Below, in pieces: positions 38,748-48,510 of a stretch of DNA of 64,000 nt. The DNA comes from an uncultured delta proteobacterium. Its GTDB lineage: Bacteria > Myxococcota > Myxococcia > Myxococcales > Myxococcaceae. Position numbers and translations under genes: made by a program. The notes below the pieces were generated by a model. It had not been told where the DNA came from. It was given only the letters and a program-made list of their open reading frames with translations, and searched no databases. The stretch spans positions 96,001 to 160,000 of the forward strand of contig CAVQKE010000007.1 of NCBI GenBank assembly GCA_963713045.1, in the 5' to 3' direction. Position 1 is the first letter of the stretch. The number at the start of each line of letters is the position of its first letter.

Positions 38748-41700
38748 GGGGGCGGCTCCTCCGGCTCTCGGTCGGCGTTGCCCGCGCTGGGCGTCGCCAG
38801 GGGCGCCGGTGCGGCCGGGGCATCATGCGGCCGCTGGCCAGGTTTGAGGTCCGTGGCGGCGTCCTCGCGCGTGGCACCGGCCGGCAGGGCCGCCGTCTTC
38901 TGGCCGCCATTGGGCCGTGCGGTGGGGAAGCCGGCGTGCGGCCCTTTCAACACCACGCCGGGGACGGCGGGTTGCACTTGCACCAGCAGGGCGGGTGCCC
39001 GCGGCGCATGGGGCGGGAGGCTGAGGGCCACCAGCTCCTCCGGCATCGGGGGAAACTGGTCCTGACTGTAGGAGGAGCGCAACAGCTTCAGGCTGCGCGT
39101 TGAGCATGCGTTGGAAATGGACAGCTCGCGACTCTTGGCCACCGCGGCGGCGAAGGCGACACCCGCCTTCTCCTTCACCGGCTCAGCCTGCTGGGCCAGC
39201 TGGTCCTTCAGGGCTTCCTGCGCCTCGGGGGGGAGAAATTTGGGGGCCGGCGCGTTGCTGATGCTTTCCGCCATGTTTTCGTAGGCCAGGCCAATTTTCT
39301 CCAAGGCGCAGATGGCCGGGCCGCCGGCTTTGAAGGCGACGGTGGCCGTGTACAGTCGGTTGATTTCGTCCAGGGCGCGCGTCTTCACCGCAAGGCTGTC
39401 TTTGAATTCCCGGGTGGGGTCCGGGGCCCGGCCCCAGCGCAGCTTGAGGTGGGTGTAGTATTCAAATTGCTCTTCATTCTTCCAAAGCGAGGCCCGTGCC
39501 ACCGCCTCCAGCGCCGGCGCTTCTAAAGTGCTCTTCACCCTTGAGGGAAGCTTGTCGTAGTAGTCCAGCACCTGTTTGTTGGTGCGGGCCAGGGCGCGCG
39601 CGTCCTTCAGCCGCGCCTCCTGAATGACTTGGATGCGGGCCATGGCGGCCAGCACCTTGTTCGGGTCGCGCTGGTTGTCGCGAACGCGCTCCTCCAGGAA
39701 GGCCACTGCCTTGGCGTTCTGGCCGGTCCTCTCATACAGCTCAGCGATGGAGAGGTTGACGGCGTCGGCGTCCTTGGCGTTCGGAAAAAGCTCCAGGTAC
39801 AGCTCGCGGTCCCTGAGGCTGGCCTTCAACTGGGCCAGCCCCTCCCGGTAGACGGCGGCGTTGTAAAGCCCAATTTGGGCCTTGGACTCCTCCCACACCG
39901 GGCCACTCTTCGGGGGCGGCTCGGCGGCGACTGCCTTGCCCTTCTTCCCCTTCTTGGCGTGGGCCCCTTTCTTGGTGGCCGGCGCCGGCGCGCGGCTCTG
40001 CTGGTAGCCCTGGACGTAAGCTTCGTAAGCGTCGGCTGCCCTTTCAAAGTCTCCGATGGATTCATACCCCTCGGCGTTGGCCCAGATGCACAACGGGACC
40101 AGCGGACTTTTGGGGTAATTTTTGAAGAGGCGCTCGCGGGTTTCCAGCGCCTTTTCGAAGAGGTGGGCTTTGAAGAAGTCGACCGAGGCGTTGTACAGCG
40201 CCTTGTCGGCAATCTCCGTCCGGGGGAAGTCCCGGACGAAGGAGAGGTAGGCCTCGGCGGCCTGCGCATACTCCCCCTTCTGCTCCAGCTGGGCGACCAG
40301 CTTGAAGGAGGACTGTTCGATAATTTTTGAGAGGTCTTCGCGGAACTTGCCGGTGGCCAGCTTGTCGTTGGCGTAGAAGCGCCGCGCCCATTCATTCACC
40401 TTCTGGTAGTTGCCGAGGCCGTTGTAAGAATCGAGGACCAGGTTGGCGGCGATTTCCCCGGCGCGGTCCCCATTGTCGAATTTGTAGTCCGGGTAGCGCA
40501 GCGCAATTTCGCTGAAGCGAGCCACCGCCTCGTCATAGCGGTGGTATTCGTAGTAGATGCGCGCCGCCTTGTAGGCCACCTCCACCCGCTTCTCGCCGTT
40601 GGGCAGGTATTTGAGGTACCTCTCGCAGGCGTCGAGCAATTCCTTCTTCACCGGGGGAATGGGCAGGGGCTTGGTAAGGTCGGTGCTGGACTCGGCCTTC
40701 AATTCGCCGCGCTCCTCGGCCCGCTTCACCACCTCGTCCCAGGCGTACACCGAGTCATAGGCGGCCAGTGCCAGCCACTTGCCAGCCGGCTGCGGCTTCA
40801 CCGTCCAGGCACCGGAGGCGTCCTTCTGACCCTCGATGCGCTGCGCGTCCTGCTTCACCACCAGGGTGTACTGCACCGCCGCCTTGTCAAAGCGGTGCAG
40901 GTTGTCGTGCAGCAGCTCGGCCCAGAAGAACCGCATGGTGTAGGCCTTGGAATTGTCCGGGAAGAGGGCCAGGTAGTCGCCGTACACTTCGTCGGTGGCG
41001 GCGAAGGTGTCGTCATCGCGCGTCTTCTTGCCCTCGTTGTGCCAGTTGATGGCCAGGGCTGAGAGGATGGCCTCGGAGCGCTTCTTGGCGTCGCTTAAGG
41101 CCTTCTTGTCGGCGGCGGACTTGACGTTGCCGCTCTTCTCCACGTCGCCAATAATTTTCACCAGCCGGCGTACCTGGGCGACGGTGGCCTTCTTGTTCCC
41201 CTCCCGCAGGACGCAGTCGACAATCAGCGCCTGGAAGCCGGGCGCCTCCGGGCTGAGCGGCCTCTCTTTAATGAGGAGGTAATAGGCGAGGGCTGCCGAG
41301 CGGTCGTTGCCGTTGTCGTAGTAGAGGTTGGCCAGCGTCTTGTACATCTCCCACAAGTCATCCGGATTGTGGGCCACCTCGGGGAAGACGACGCGGGACT
41401 GCTCGGGGGTGCCGCCGGAGCGCTCATAGGCACGGACGAAGTCCCGACGGGCCTCGCGAATGAGGGCCGACTTCCCCTTGGCGCCGCCCACCTTTTCCAG
41501 CGCGGCCGCGCCGGAGAATTCGCCGTAGAGAACCACCGCCTTCCACAAGTCCATCGCTTTGGAGTAGGCGGCCAGGTTGAAGTAGCACCAGCCCTCCTTG
41601 TAGAGGGCGAAGGCGTAGACGTTGCTGTCGACGTAGCTGGCGGCCTTCTTGTAGTTGTCGAGGGCCTTGGTGAGGAATTCGCGCTTGGCCCGGCTGTTGT

Positions 41701-42355
41701 TGAAGTAGTACTCGCCGAAGGCGAGGTAGGCGTCGGGGAGGTACTTGGACTTGGGGTACTTCTCGACCAGGCGGTTGTAGGCCACCAGCGCCTTGCGCTC
41801 CTCGCCCATCTCCATCAAGTCGTAGCCCAAGTAGTAGAGCACCTCGTCGGTGCGCTCGAAGTCTTTGTAGCGCTGGACAATCTCGGTGTAGGTGTCGATG
41901 GCCTTGTTGGCGTAGAGGTCGCGCTGGGTGCCGAGCTGCTCCTTCTGCGCACGGGCCTGCGCCTCGGCCGTCTTGTCCTTGGCCTGCAGGGCGCGAATCA
42001 AGTCGTCGTCCTTGCGGCTGGCCTCGAAGAAATAGTAGCGGGACTCCTCCCAGTAGAGGTCGGCCAGCCGAAAGAGGAGGCTCGGCTGCTCCTTGGGGTC
42101 AGGGGAGAGCTCGATAATTTTCTTCAGCGACTCAATCTGCTCTCGCCGCTTGTCGGCCACCTGGAGTTCAATGCCCAGCCGGAATTCGTCGTACTGCATC
42201 GGTGCGCCGGCGGTTTCCTGCTTCTGCCGGCTGAGGTCGCCGGCCAAAGACGTGTCGACGTCGGTGGTGCTCTTCTTGCCGAGGCCGGGCGCCTCCTTGC
42301 CCTGGGCCCACGCCGGGCCGGAGATGAGGACCAAGAGGAGGATGAGACGGCGCAT
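38744..42355 (-). CDS. gltD: TPR gliding motility protein GltD (AgmU)
   Basis: Signal peptide MRRLILLLVLISGPAWA, about 1200 aa TPR protein heading the glt cluster. Confidence 0.85.
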   Translation of the reverse strand: MRRLILLLVLISGPAWAQGKEAPGLGKKSTTDVDTSLAGDLSRQKQETAGAPMQYDEFRLGIELQVADKRREQIESLKKIIELSPDPKEQPSLLFRLADLYWEESRYYFFEASRKDDDLIRALQAKDKTAEAQARAQKEQLGTQRDLYANKAIDTYTEIVQRYKDFERTDEVLYYLGYDLMEMGEERKALVAYNRLVEKYPKSKYLPDAYLAFGEYYFNNSRAKREFLTKALDNYKKAASYVDSNVYAFALYKEGWCYFNLAAYSKAMDLWKAVVLYGEFSGAAALEKVGGAKGKSALIREARRDFVRAYERSGGTPEQSRVVFPEVAHNPDDLWEMYKTLANLYYDNGNDRSAALAYYLLIKERPLSPEAPGFQALIVDCVLREGNKKATVAQVRRLVKIIGDVEKSGNVKSAADKKALSDAKKRSEAILSALAINWHNEGKKTRDDDTFAATDEVYGDYLALFPDNSKAYTMRFFWAELLHDNLHRFDKAAVQYTLVVKQDAQRIEGQKDASGAWTVKPQPAGKWLALAAYDSVYAWDEVVKRAEERGELKAESSTDLTKPLPIPPVKKELLDACERYLKYLPNGEKRVEVAYKAARIYYEYHRYDEAVARFSEIALRYPDYKFDNGDRAGEIAANLVLDSYNGLGNYQKVNEWARRFYANDKLATGKFREDLSKIIEQSSFKLVAQLEQKGEYAQAAEAYLSFVRDFPRTEIADKALYNASVDFFKAHLFEKALETRERLFKNYPKSPLVPLCIWANAEGYESIGDFERAADAYEAYVQGYQQSRAPAPATKKGAHAKKGKKGKAVAAEPPPKSGPVWEESKAQIGLYNAAVYREGLAQLKASLRDRELYLELFPNAKDADAVNLSIAELYERTGQNAKAVAFLEERVRDNQRDPNKVLAAMARIQVIQEARLKDARALARTNKQVLDYYDKLPSRVKSTLEAPALEAVARASLWKNEEQFEYYTHLKLRWGRAPDPTREFKDSLAVKTRALDEINRLYTATVAFKAGGPAICALEKIGLAYENMAESISNAPAPKFLPPEAQEALKDQLAQQAEPVKEKAGVAFAAAVAKSRELSISNACSTRSLKLLRSSYSQDQFPPMPEELVALSLPPHAPRAPALLVQVQPAVPGVVLKGPHAGFPTARPNGGQKTAALPAGATREDAATDLKPGQRPHDAPAAPAPLATPSAGNADREPEEPPP

Positions 42356-42502
42356 GCGGACCTTCAGCAGAAGGCGGCCCGCTGTCGGGCGGCCGGGCAA
42401 ACCGTTGACTGGCCAGGAGAATTTACCGACACGGACGGCGAATCATCCACACAAGGCCCAGCGCCCGTCAACGTTCTCGCCGCCTTCGATGGAGGGCCGG
42501 GT

Positions 42503-43096
42503 GTGAGTCTTTTGCCGCCACAGGCAAGCTTTGCAGAGGTGGTGCAGGAAGCCTTCCTCCGGCTGCGGGGCAAAGGCCTGATGTTGGGCGTGCTGGACAC
42601 CGAATTGCTTCGGGCCTGGGCCGAGACCGGCGTTCCGGCGGAGGTGGTGGTCCGCGGGCTGGAAGCGGCGGCGGTCCGCACCGCCTGGGATGCGCGTCCG
42701 GGCGAGGTGGGCCCGCGCAGCCTGCGCGCCTGCCGTCCGGAGGTGGAGGTCGAGGTGGCGCTGTGGCGGACGCGCGTCTTGGGCGCCGGCGCACCAGCAC
42801 GCGAAGGCGCTGGACAACTGCTTCAAGAACTGCGTGCGCTGGCGCTGGCGCGTCCCGGCTTCGCGAAAGTTGTGGAACAGCTGTGGACACGCGGCGTGCT
42901 GTCGCGTGCAAACCCGCGAGATGCGGTCGTCGCTGCGCTGATTCGCAAAATGCCCTTCGCCGAGCGACTTACGCTATGGCGCGCCGAGCGCCTTCAAATG
43001 GTAGAGGAGGGCGCGTCACCCCGCGCTCGTACCATGCTGCGCCGGCGCATTCGCGCCGCCTTTGCAGCGAGCGAGTTCGGGTTGAAGGGGCTGTAG
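42503..43096 (+). CDS. Hypothetical protein with a DnaD/DnaB_2-like helical motif
   Basis: GGAGG RBS then GTG; LGVLDTELLRAWAETGVPAEVVVRGLEAA; upstream of a DnaC-like ATPase. Confidence 0.62.
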   Translation: MSLLPPQASFAEVVQEAFLRLRGKGLMLGVLDTELLRAWAETGVPAEVVVRGLEAAAVRTAWDARPGEVGPRSLRACRPEVEVEVALWRTRVLGAGAPAREGAGQLLQELRALALARPGFAKVVEQLWTRGVLSRANPRDAVVAALIRKMPFAERLTLWRAERLQMVEEGASPRARTMLRRRIRAAFAASEFGLKGL

Positions 43097-43124
43097 CGGA
43101 GGGGAGTCCAAGACAACAAAACAC

Positions 43125-44063
43125 ATGGAAGCCGTCGTCTCTCAAAGTCCGAATGTCTGTGGCGAGTGCCGGGGAAGAGGCTACCGGTTGTCGAGCAGCG
43201 CGGACCGGGCGCTGGCAAGCGTCTGCAGCTGCATGAGCAACTGCCTGCACTGCAGCGGTCAAGGCTACGTGCTGTCCGTCCAGGAGGAGACCTTCAGCCA
43301 GCGGGTGGGGCCCAGGCGTTATGAGGCCGTCGCGCCCTGCATCTGCCGGGTGCTGCGCAGCCGGGTGGCGGCCTTCAACCGGGCGGGCATTCCGGGCGTG
43401 CTGGCCCGCGCGGGATTCGACAACTACCTGCCCTTTCACGAAGCCCACGACGCCGCCAAACAGGCCGCGACGCGCTTCGCCTTCTCCTTTCGCCGGGGGG
43501 CCGCCGCCCGCGGCTTCATCATCAGCGGCCCGGTGGGCAGCGGCAAAACCCATCTCCTCACCGCCGCCCTCGCCCACTTAGTCCTGGAAGTGGGCATCCA
43601 GGCCCGCTACCTGGAAATCTCCCTCCTCTTCGCCGACATCCGCCGCGGCTTTCAGGAAGGCAAAAGCGGCGGAGAAATTATCGGCCCCCTGTCCGAAGTG
43701 GACGTGCTGGCCATCGATGAATTGGGCCGCGGCCGCGGCAGCCCGTTTGAGATGGAGACGTTGGATGAATTGATTGCCCGCCGCTACAACGCCGGACGCA
43801 CCACCCTGTTTGCCACCAACTATTCGCTTTCGCCCGAGCGCAAGCCGCGCCCCCACAGCCGCAGCGGCTACCGTTCCACCGCCGAGGAGTCGGCGCAGCC
43901 GCGCGACACCGAATTGCTTCGCGAACGCGTCGGCGAGCGCATTTACAGCCGGCTGTGCGAAATGTGCGAATTCGTCAGCCTGCCGCCCGAGACACCGGAC
44001 CACCGCCGCACCCGGCAAGAATTGCACCCCCACGCCAGTAAGCCGCGGGCCTTGGGCCACTAG
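43125..44063 (+). CDS. DnaC/DnaI/IstB-family AAA+ ATPase with N-terminal Zn-binding Cys clusters
   Basis: CGEC, CSC, CLHC, CIC; Walker A GPVGSGKT; Walker B LAIDELG; TTLFATN; GERIYSRL. Confidence 0.85.
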   Translation: MEAVVSQSPNVCGECRGRGYRLSSSADRALASVCSCMSNCLHCSGQGYVLSVQEETFSQRVGPRRYEAVAPCICRVLRSRVAAFNRAGIPGVLARAGFDNYLPFHEAHDAAKQAATRFAFSFRRGAAARGFIISGPVGSGKTHLLTAALAHLVLEVGIQARYLEISLLFADIRRGFQEGKSGGEIIGPLSEVDVLAIDELGRGRGSPFEMETLDELIARRYNAGRTTLFATNYSLSPERKPRPHSRSGYRSTAEESAQPRDTELLRERVGERIYSRLCEMCEFVSLPPETPDHRRTRQELHPHASKPRALGH

Positions 44064-45242
44064 CTACCGGCCCTCCCGCAGCCGGTGCAGCTCTTGCGTC
44101 AGGAAAACCAGCTGCCCCACTGGGACCAGCAGCGTCAACTGCAACGGCCCGCTGTGCACCGCCCGCACGCTGACGCCGAGGCTGGCCGCGGCACGAAGGG
44201 CCTCCCGAAGCAGGCGCGGCTGGGTGCCGACGCCGGCCCCCACCAGCGTCACCGTCCCCAGCCCGGGCATTTCTTGCACCGAGGCGCCCAGCGTGCGCTG
44301 CAGCGCCGCGCGCAGCGCCGCCACGCCATGGACGTCGGTGAGGGGCACCGCCACCAGCACCTCTCCCCGCCCACCCTGTCCCAGCACGAAGCGCGTCCGC
44401 ACTTGGGCTTCCTCAAGGAAGGCCAGCAGCGCTGGCAAGGCCTCGCTGGCAGCGGCCAGCACCAGCAACTCAGCCTCCGAGGCGACGGCCGTCACCGGGG
44501 ACTGCCCGGCGGCCTCCCCCACAATGCGCGTCCCCGTCCCGGCCTGGTGGGCGTGCAGGGCATGCAGCACCACGCCGTTGGCCTTGGCCCAGGCCACCGC
44601 TTGGGCATTCAGCACGCGGGCCCCGGCCGAGGCCAATTCCTGCATTTCGTCGTAGCCCACGCTGGCCAGCTTCTCGGCCTCGGGGACGACCCGGGGGTCG
44701 GCGGAGAAGACGCCGTCCACGTCCGAAAAAATTTCACAGGCCTCCGCCTTCAGCGCCGCGGCCAGCGCCACCGCAGTGGTGTCGGTGCCTCCTCGGCCCA
44801 GCGTCGTCACTTCCCGCTTGCGCGACACCCCCTGGTAGCCGGCCACCAGGACGACTTTGCCGAGGCCCAATTCTTCCAGAATGCGCACCGGGCGCACCTC
44901 CAGAATGCGCGCCGAGGCATGGGCTTCATCGGTAATAATTCCGCTTTGACTGCCGGTGAAGCTGATGGCCGGGACGCCCAATTCCTGCAGCGCCATGGAC
45001 AACAGCGCCACGCTGATGCGCTCACCGGCCGTCAGCAGCATGTCCAATTCGCGTCGCGGCGGGTCCAAGGACACCTGTTTGGCCAGCCCCAGCAATTCAT
45101 CGGTGGTGTCGCCCATGGCCGACACCACCACCACCAGCTGGTGGCCCTCCGCCCGCCGGGCGCGCACCCGTTCCGCCACCCGGCGCATTCGGGCGACGTC
45201 GGCCACTGAGGAGCCACCGTATTTCTGGACGATGATGGGCAT
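44064..45242 (-). CDS. lysC: Aspartate kinase
   Basis: [38 protein letters not shown]. Confidence 0.93.
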   Translation of the reverse strand: MPIIVQKYGGSSVADVARMRRVAERVRARRAEGHQLVVVVSAMGDTTDELLGLAKQVSLDPPRRELDMLLTAGERISVALLSMALQELGVPAISFTGSQSGIITDEAHASARILEVRPVRILEELGLGKVVLVAGYQGVSRKREVTTLGRGGTDTTAVALAAALKAEACEIFSDVDGVFSADPRVVPEAEKLASVGYDEMQELASAGARVLNAQAVAWAKANGVVLHALHAHQAGTGTRIVGEAAGQSPVTAVASEAELLVLAAASEALPALLAFLEEAQVRTRFVLGQGGRGEVLVAVPLTDVHGVAALRAALQRTLGASVQEMPGLGTVTLVGAGVGTQPRLLREALRAAASLGVSVRAVHSGPLQLTLLVPVGQLVFLTQELHRLREGR

Positions 45243-45319
45243 GGGCCTTCAGGGCACGCCGATGCAGTTTGCGGGCCTTTAGCACGGGGGCCTCCGGAAG
45301 AAGCGCCGCGCGACGGCTG

Positions 45320-45347
45320 TTGACAGCCCCGTACGCATCGCTAAGAA
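45320..45347 (+). promoter_or_regulatory. Putative sigma70-type promoter for the ABC operon
   Basis: TTGACA-N16-TAAGAA. Confidence 0.4.
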
Positions 45348-45399
45348 GCCCCCCGCAGCAGGCGGCCCACCGCAGTGGCCAGGAGGTTTGAGCCGACCC

Positions 45400-46125
45400 A
45401 TGTCGATGATTGAGGTGAGCCACCTCACCAAGCGCTACCGAGACCGCATCGCCGTGGACGATTTAAGCTTCGAGGTGGCCGAGGGGGAGATTTTGGGTTT
45501 CCTCGGCCCCAACGGCGCCGGCAAAACCACCACCATGCGGGTGCTGACCGGCTTTCTCCCGGCCTCCTCCGGCCTGGTGAAAGTGGCGGGCCACGACGTC
45601 TTCGAGGAACCCCTGGAAGTGAAGCGGCGCATTGGCTATCTGCCCGAGACGCCCCCCCTCTACCCGGAGATGACGGTGCGGGCGTACCTCAAGTTTGTCG
45701 CCACGCTTCGGGGCGTGGCGCGCGGTGTAATGCCCGCAGAGTTGGAGCGCGTGGGCCACGCCACCGGCACCTCGGCGGTGATGGGGCGCGTCATCCAAAA
45801 CCTCTCCAAGGGCTTCCGGCAGCGCGTCGGCATCGCCCAGGCCCTGCTTGGCTCGCCGCCGGTTCTCATCCTCGATGAGCCCACCGAAGGGCTTGACCCC
45901 ATCCAACGGGCCGAGGCGCGACAACTCATCAAGGGCCTCGGCGGACAGCACACCATCGTGCTCTGCACCCACATTCTCCCGGAGGTGGTGATGACCTGTG
46001 ACAAAGTCCTCATCCTGCACCAGGGCCGGCTGGCGGCCTTCGACAGCCTCTCCGCCCTCGGCCAGCAGGCCGGTTCCGCCGAATCGCTCGAGGAAACCTT
46101 CCTCCGCCTCACCCGCGCCGCCTGA
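45400..46125 (+). CDS. ABC transporter ATP-binding protein (GldA-like)
   Basis: GPNGAGKTT, LSKGFRQR, LILDEPT. Confidence 0.92.
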   Translation: MSMIEVSHLTKRYRDRIAVDDLSFEVAEGEILGFLGPNGAGKTTTMRVLTGFLPASSGLVKVAGHDVFEEPLEVKRRIGYLPETPPLYPEMTVRAYLKFVATLRGVARGVMPAELERVGHATGTSAVMGRVIQNLSKGFRQRVGIAQALLGSPPVLILDEPTEGLDPIQRAEARQLIKGLGGQHTIVLCTHILPEVVMTCDKVLILHQGRLAAFDSLSALGQQAGSAESLEETFLRLTRAA

Positions 46126-46135
46126 GGCCGCCCGT

Positions 46136-46939
46136 ATGCGCAACGCACTGGCCATCGCCAAGAAAGAATTGGGCATCTACTTCACCACGCCGTGGGCCTA
46201 CGTCGTCTTCACGGCCATGCTGGCCATCTCCTCCTTCTTCTTCGTCGCCTTGCTGCAGGACTTCCGCCAAGTCCACGCCTTGGCCCGGGCCTACGGCTGG
46301 GAGCGACTGGGGCCCGACTATGGGGCCTTCAAGAATCTCACCGACGGCGTGGTGGTAAACCTGTGGAATACCATCGCCGTCATCACCCTCTTCGTCGCGC
46401 CCTTCCTCACCATGCGGCTGTTTGCCGAAGAGCGCCGCAACCGCACGATGGAGTTGCTGCTGACCCTACCGGTCCGGCCATGGGAGATTGTGCTCGGCAA
46501 ATTCATCGGCGGCGTCGGCATCTCCACCGCCGCCTTGGGTGTCACCATCGTCTACCCGCTGACGCTGGCTCTGTTTGGAGCCAGCGAGTCGGGTCAGGCC
46601 CTGGAGTGGGGCACGGTGCTTCTGGGCTACGGCGGCCTCCTCCTCTGGGGGGCGTGCTGCATCGCCCTGGGAATGTTCATCTCCGCCCTCACCGAATCGC
46701 AGATGCTGGCGGCCATCCTGACCTTCGCCCTGGCGCTGGTGTGGTGGCTACTGCAGGGTCTGGTGGCCGGGGCGGACGAGCCCTGGCGCTCCATCGGCAC
46801 GCACCTGTCGTTCAGCGCTGAATTGTCGCCGCTGTTGCGCGGGGTGCTCGACTTGAAGTCGCTGGTCTTCTTCTTCTCGGTCATCCTCTTCGCGCTGCTG
46901 CTGACTGACCGCGCAGTGGAATCCCAGCGCTGGACATGA
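46136..46939 (+). CDS. ABC-2 permease (GldF-like)
   Basis: AKKELGIYF, TMRLFAEERRNRTMELLLTLP, about 6 TM segments. Confidence 0.9.
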   Translation: MRNALAIAKKELGIYFTTPWAYVVFTAMLAISSFFFVALLQDFRQVHALARAYGWERLGPDYGAFKNLTDGVVVNLWNTIAVITLFVAPFLTMRLFAEERRNRTMELLLTLPVRPWEIVLGKFIGGVGISTAALGVTIVYPLTLALFGASESGQALEWGTVLLGYGGLLLWGACCIALGMFISALTESQMLAAILTFALALVWWLLQGLVAGADEPWRSIGTHLSFSAELSPLLRGVLDLKSLVFFFSVILFALLLTDRAVESQRWT

Positions 46940-48510
46940 CGATGACCAAGGCCACCCTCGGAAAAGTCCTCGGCGCGCTGGGACTGGTCTCGCTGCTGTC
47001 GGCGCCCTACACCTACCTCATCACCGCCTCGGCGACGCTGAGCGCCGTCAAGGCGGTCCTGGGGCTCGGGTTGATTGGCGTCTACTTCGCCACCAATTTC
47101 CGCCAGCTGAACCAGTTCGCCAGCCGGCGCTCCACCTTCTACGTGGCCTCCTCGCTGCTGTTGGCGTTGGGGGCACTGGCAGCGCTGGGGGCGGTCAACT
47201 ACATCGCCGCCAAGAAGGACAAAAGCTGGGACCTCACCCGCAAGAAGGTCTTCACCCTCGCCCCGCAAACCCGCGCTGCCCTGCAGGCCTTGAAGACGCC
47301 GGTCACCGCCTTCGCCTTCCTGCCGCCCACCGACGCCGACTACAGCTACGTCGACCGGCTCTTGGCCCGCTACCACGCCGAGGCGCCCCAGAAGTTCCTG
47401 GTGTCTTTCAAGGACCCGCGCAAATCGCCGGACTTGGCGGCCAAATACCAGCTGCGCGAGGGCCAAACCACCATCGTCCTCAGCCGCGGTGAAGGCGCCC
47501 AGGAGCAGCACACCACCGTTTCGGTGGCGAGCCTGCAGGGGGTGACTGAGCAGGACGTCACCAACGCGCTTCTCAAGCTCGACCAGACCGGCCAGCGTCA
47601 CGTCTACTTCATCACCGGCCATGGCGAGTGGCCGCTGGAACAGTCGGCGGAGGGCACCAGCCTTTCGGAAATGAAGAAGTCCCTCTTCCAGGAAGGCTAC
47701 CTGCCCTTGCCGTTGAATTTGCTTGGCGGCAGAGAAGTGCCGCGGGACGCCACGCTGCTGGTCCTCGCCGCGGCCCGCAGCAAATTCGCCAAGCCGGAGC
47801 TGGACCAGCTGAGCAGCTATCTCGGCGAGGGAGGGCGGATGCTGATGTTTTTTGACGCCCTTCTTGAACCGGGCCTGGAAACACTTTTGGCGCCCTATGG
47901 CCTACAGGTGGACCCGGGCATCGTCGCCGACGAGGAATACGCGGTGGGAAGCCCCTTCATCGTGGCCACCCACTTCTACGGCGACCATGAAATGGTCCGC
48001 CAGCTGTCCAGCCTCCAGGTGAACGTGGAATTTCCCACCGCCCGTGGCTTCACCCTCCTCAAGGACGGCCTTCTGCCTGGTGTCCACGACGAGGCGGTGG
48101 TGATGACGTCGAGCAACGCCTGGGAAGAATTGGACCCGGCCAATGAGCCGCACCGCTCCCCCGGAGAGCGCGCCGGCAGCATCCCCTTGGTGGTGGCAGT
48201 CAGCCGCCCGGTGCCTGAGTCCAAGGAAAGGCGGACGCCGGAGACACGGCTGGTGGCCTTTGGAGATTCGGAAATTCTCCTCGACCCCAACTGGCGCGAT
48301 GAGCCGAACCGAAACCTGGTGATGAATGCGGTCGCTTGGGCCTCCGGGCAGCCGGAGCAAATCACCATCCGCGCGCCCGACCGGGACATCTCCAGCCTGG
48401 ACCTCGACACCCAGCGCTTGGGTCGCATCCGCTTTCTGGCCACCGACTTTCTCCCGCTGGCACTTCTTGGCGCGGGCCTGGCCGTGTGGCTGACCCGGCG
48501 AAACCAGTGA
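46936..48510 (+). CDS. GldG-family ABC-associated periplasmic component
   Basis: WDLTRKKVFTLAPQT, VYFITGHGE, NRNLVMNAVAW, C-terminal TM. Confidence 0.87.
   Translation: MTMTKATLGKVLGALGLVSLLSAPYTYLITASATLSAVKAVLGLGLIGVYFATNFRQLNQFASRRSTFYVASSLLLALGALAALGAVNYIAAKKDKSWDLTRKKVFTLAPQTRAALQALKTPVTAFAFLPPTDADYSYVDRLLARYHAEAPQKFLVSFKDPRKSPDLAAKYQLREGQTTIVLSRGEGAQEQHTTVSVASLQGVTEQDVTNALLKLDQTGQRHVYFITGHGEWPLEQSAEGTSLSEMKKSLFQEGYLPLPLNLLGGREVPRDATLLVLAAARSKFAKPELDQLSSYLGEGGRMLMFFDALLEPGLETLLAPYGLQVDPGIVADEEYAVGSPFIVATHFYGDHEMVRQLSSLQVNVEFPTARGFTLLKDGLLPGVHDEAVVMTSSNAWEELDPANEPHRSPGERAGSIPLVVAVSRPVPESKERRTPETRLVAFGDSEILLDPNWRDEPNRNLVMNAVAWASGQPEQITIRAPDRDISSLDLDTQRLGRIRFLATDFLPLALLGAGLAVWLTRRNQ

Noticed and set aside
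43125..44063. IS21 element (IstB-like ATPase)
   Set aside because: No adjacent IstA transposase or terminal inverted repeats, and the gene sits in a housekeeping context.
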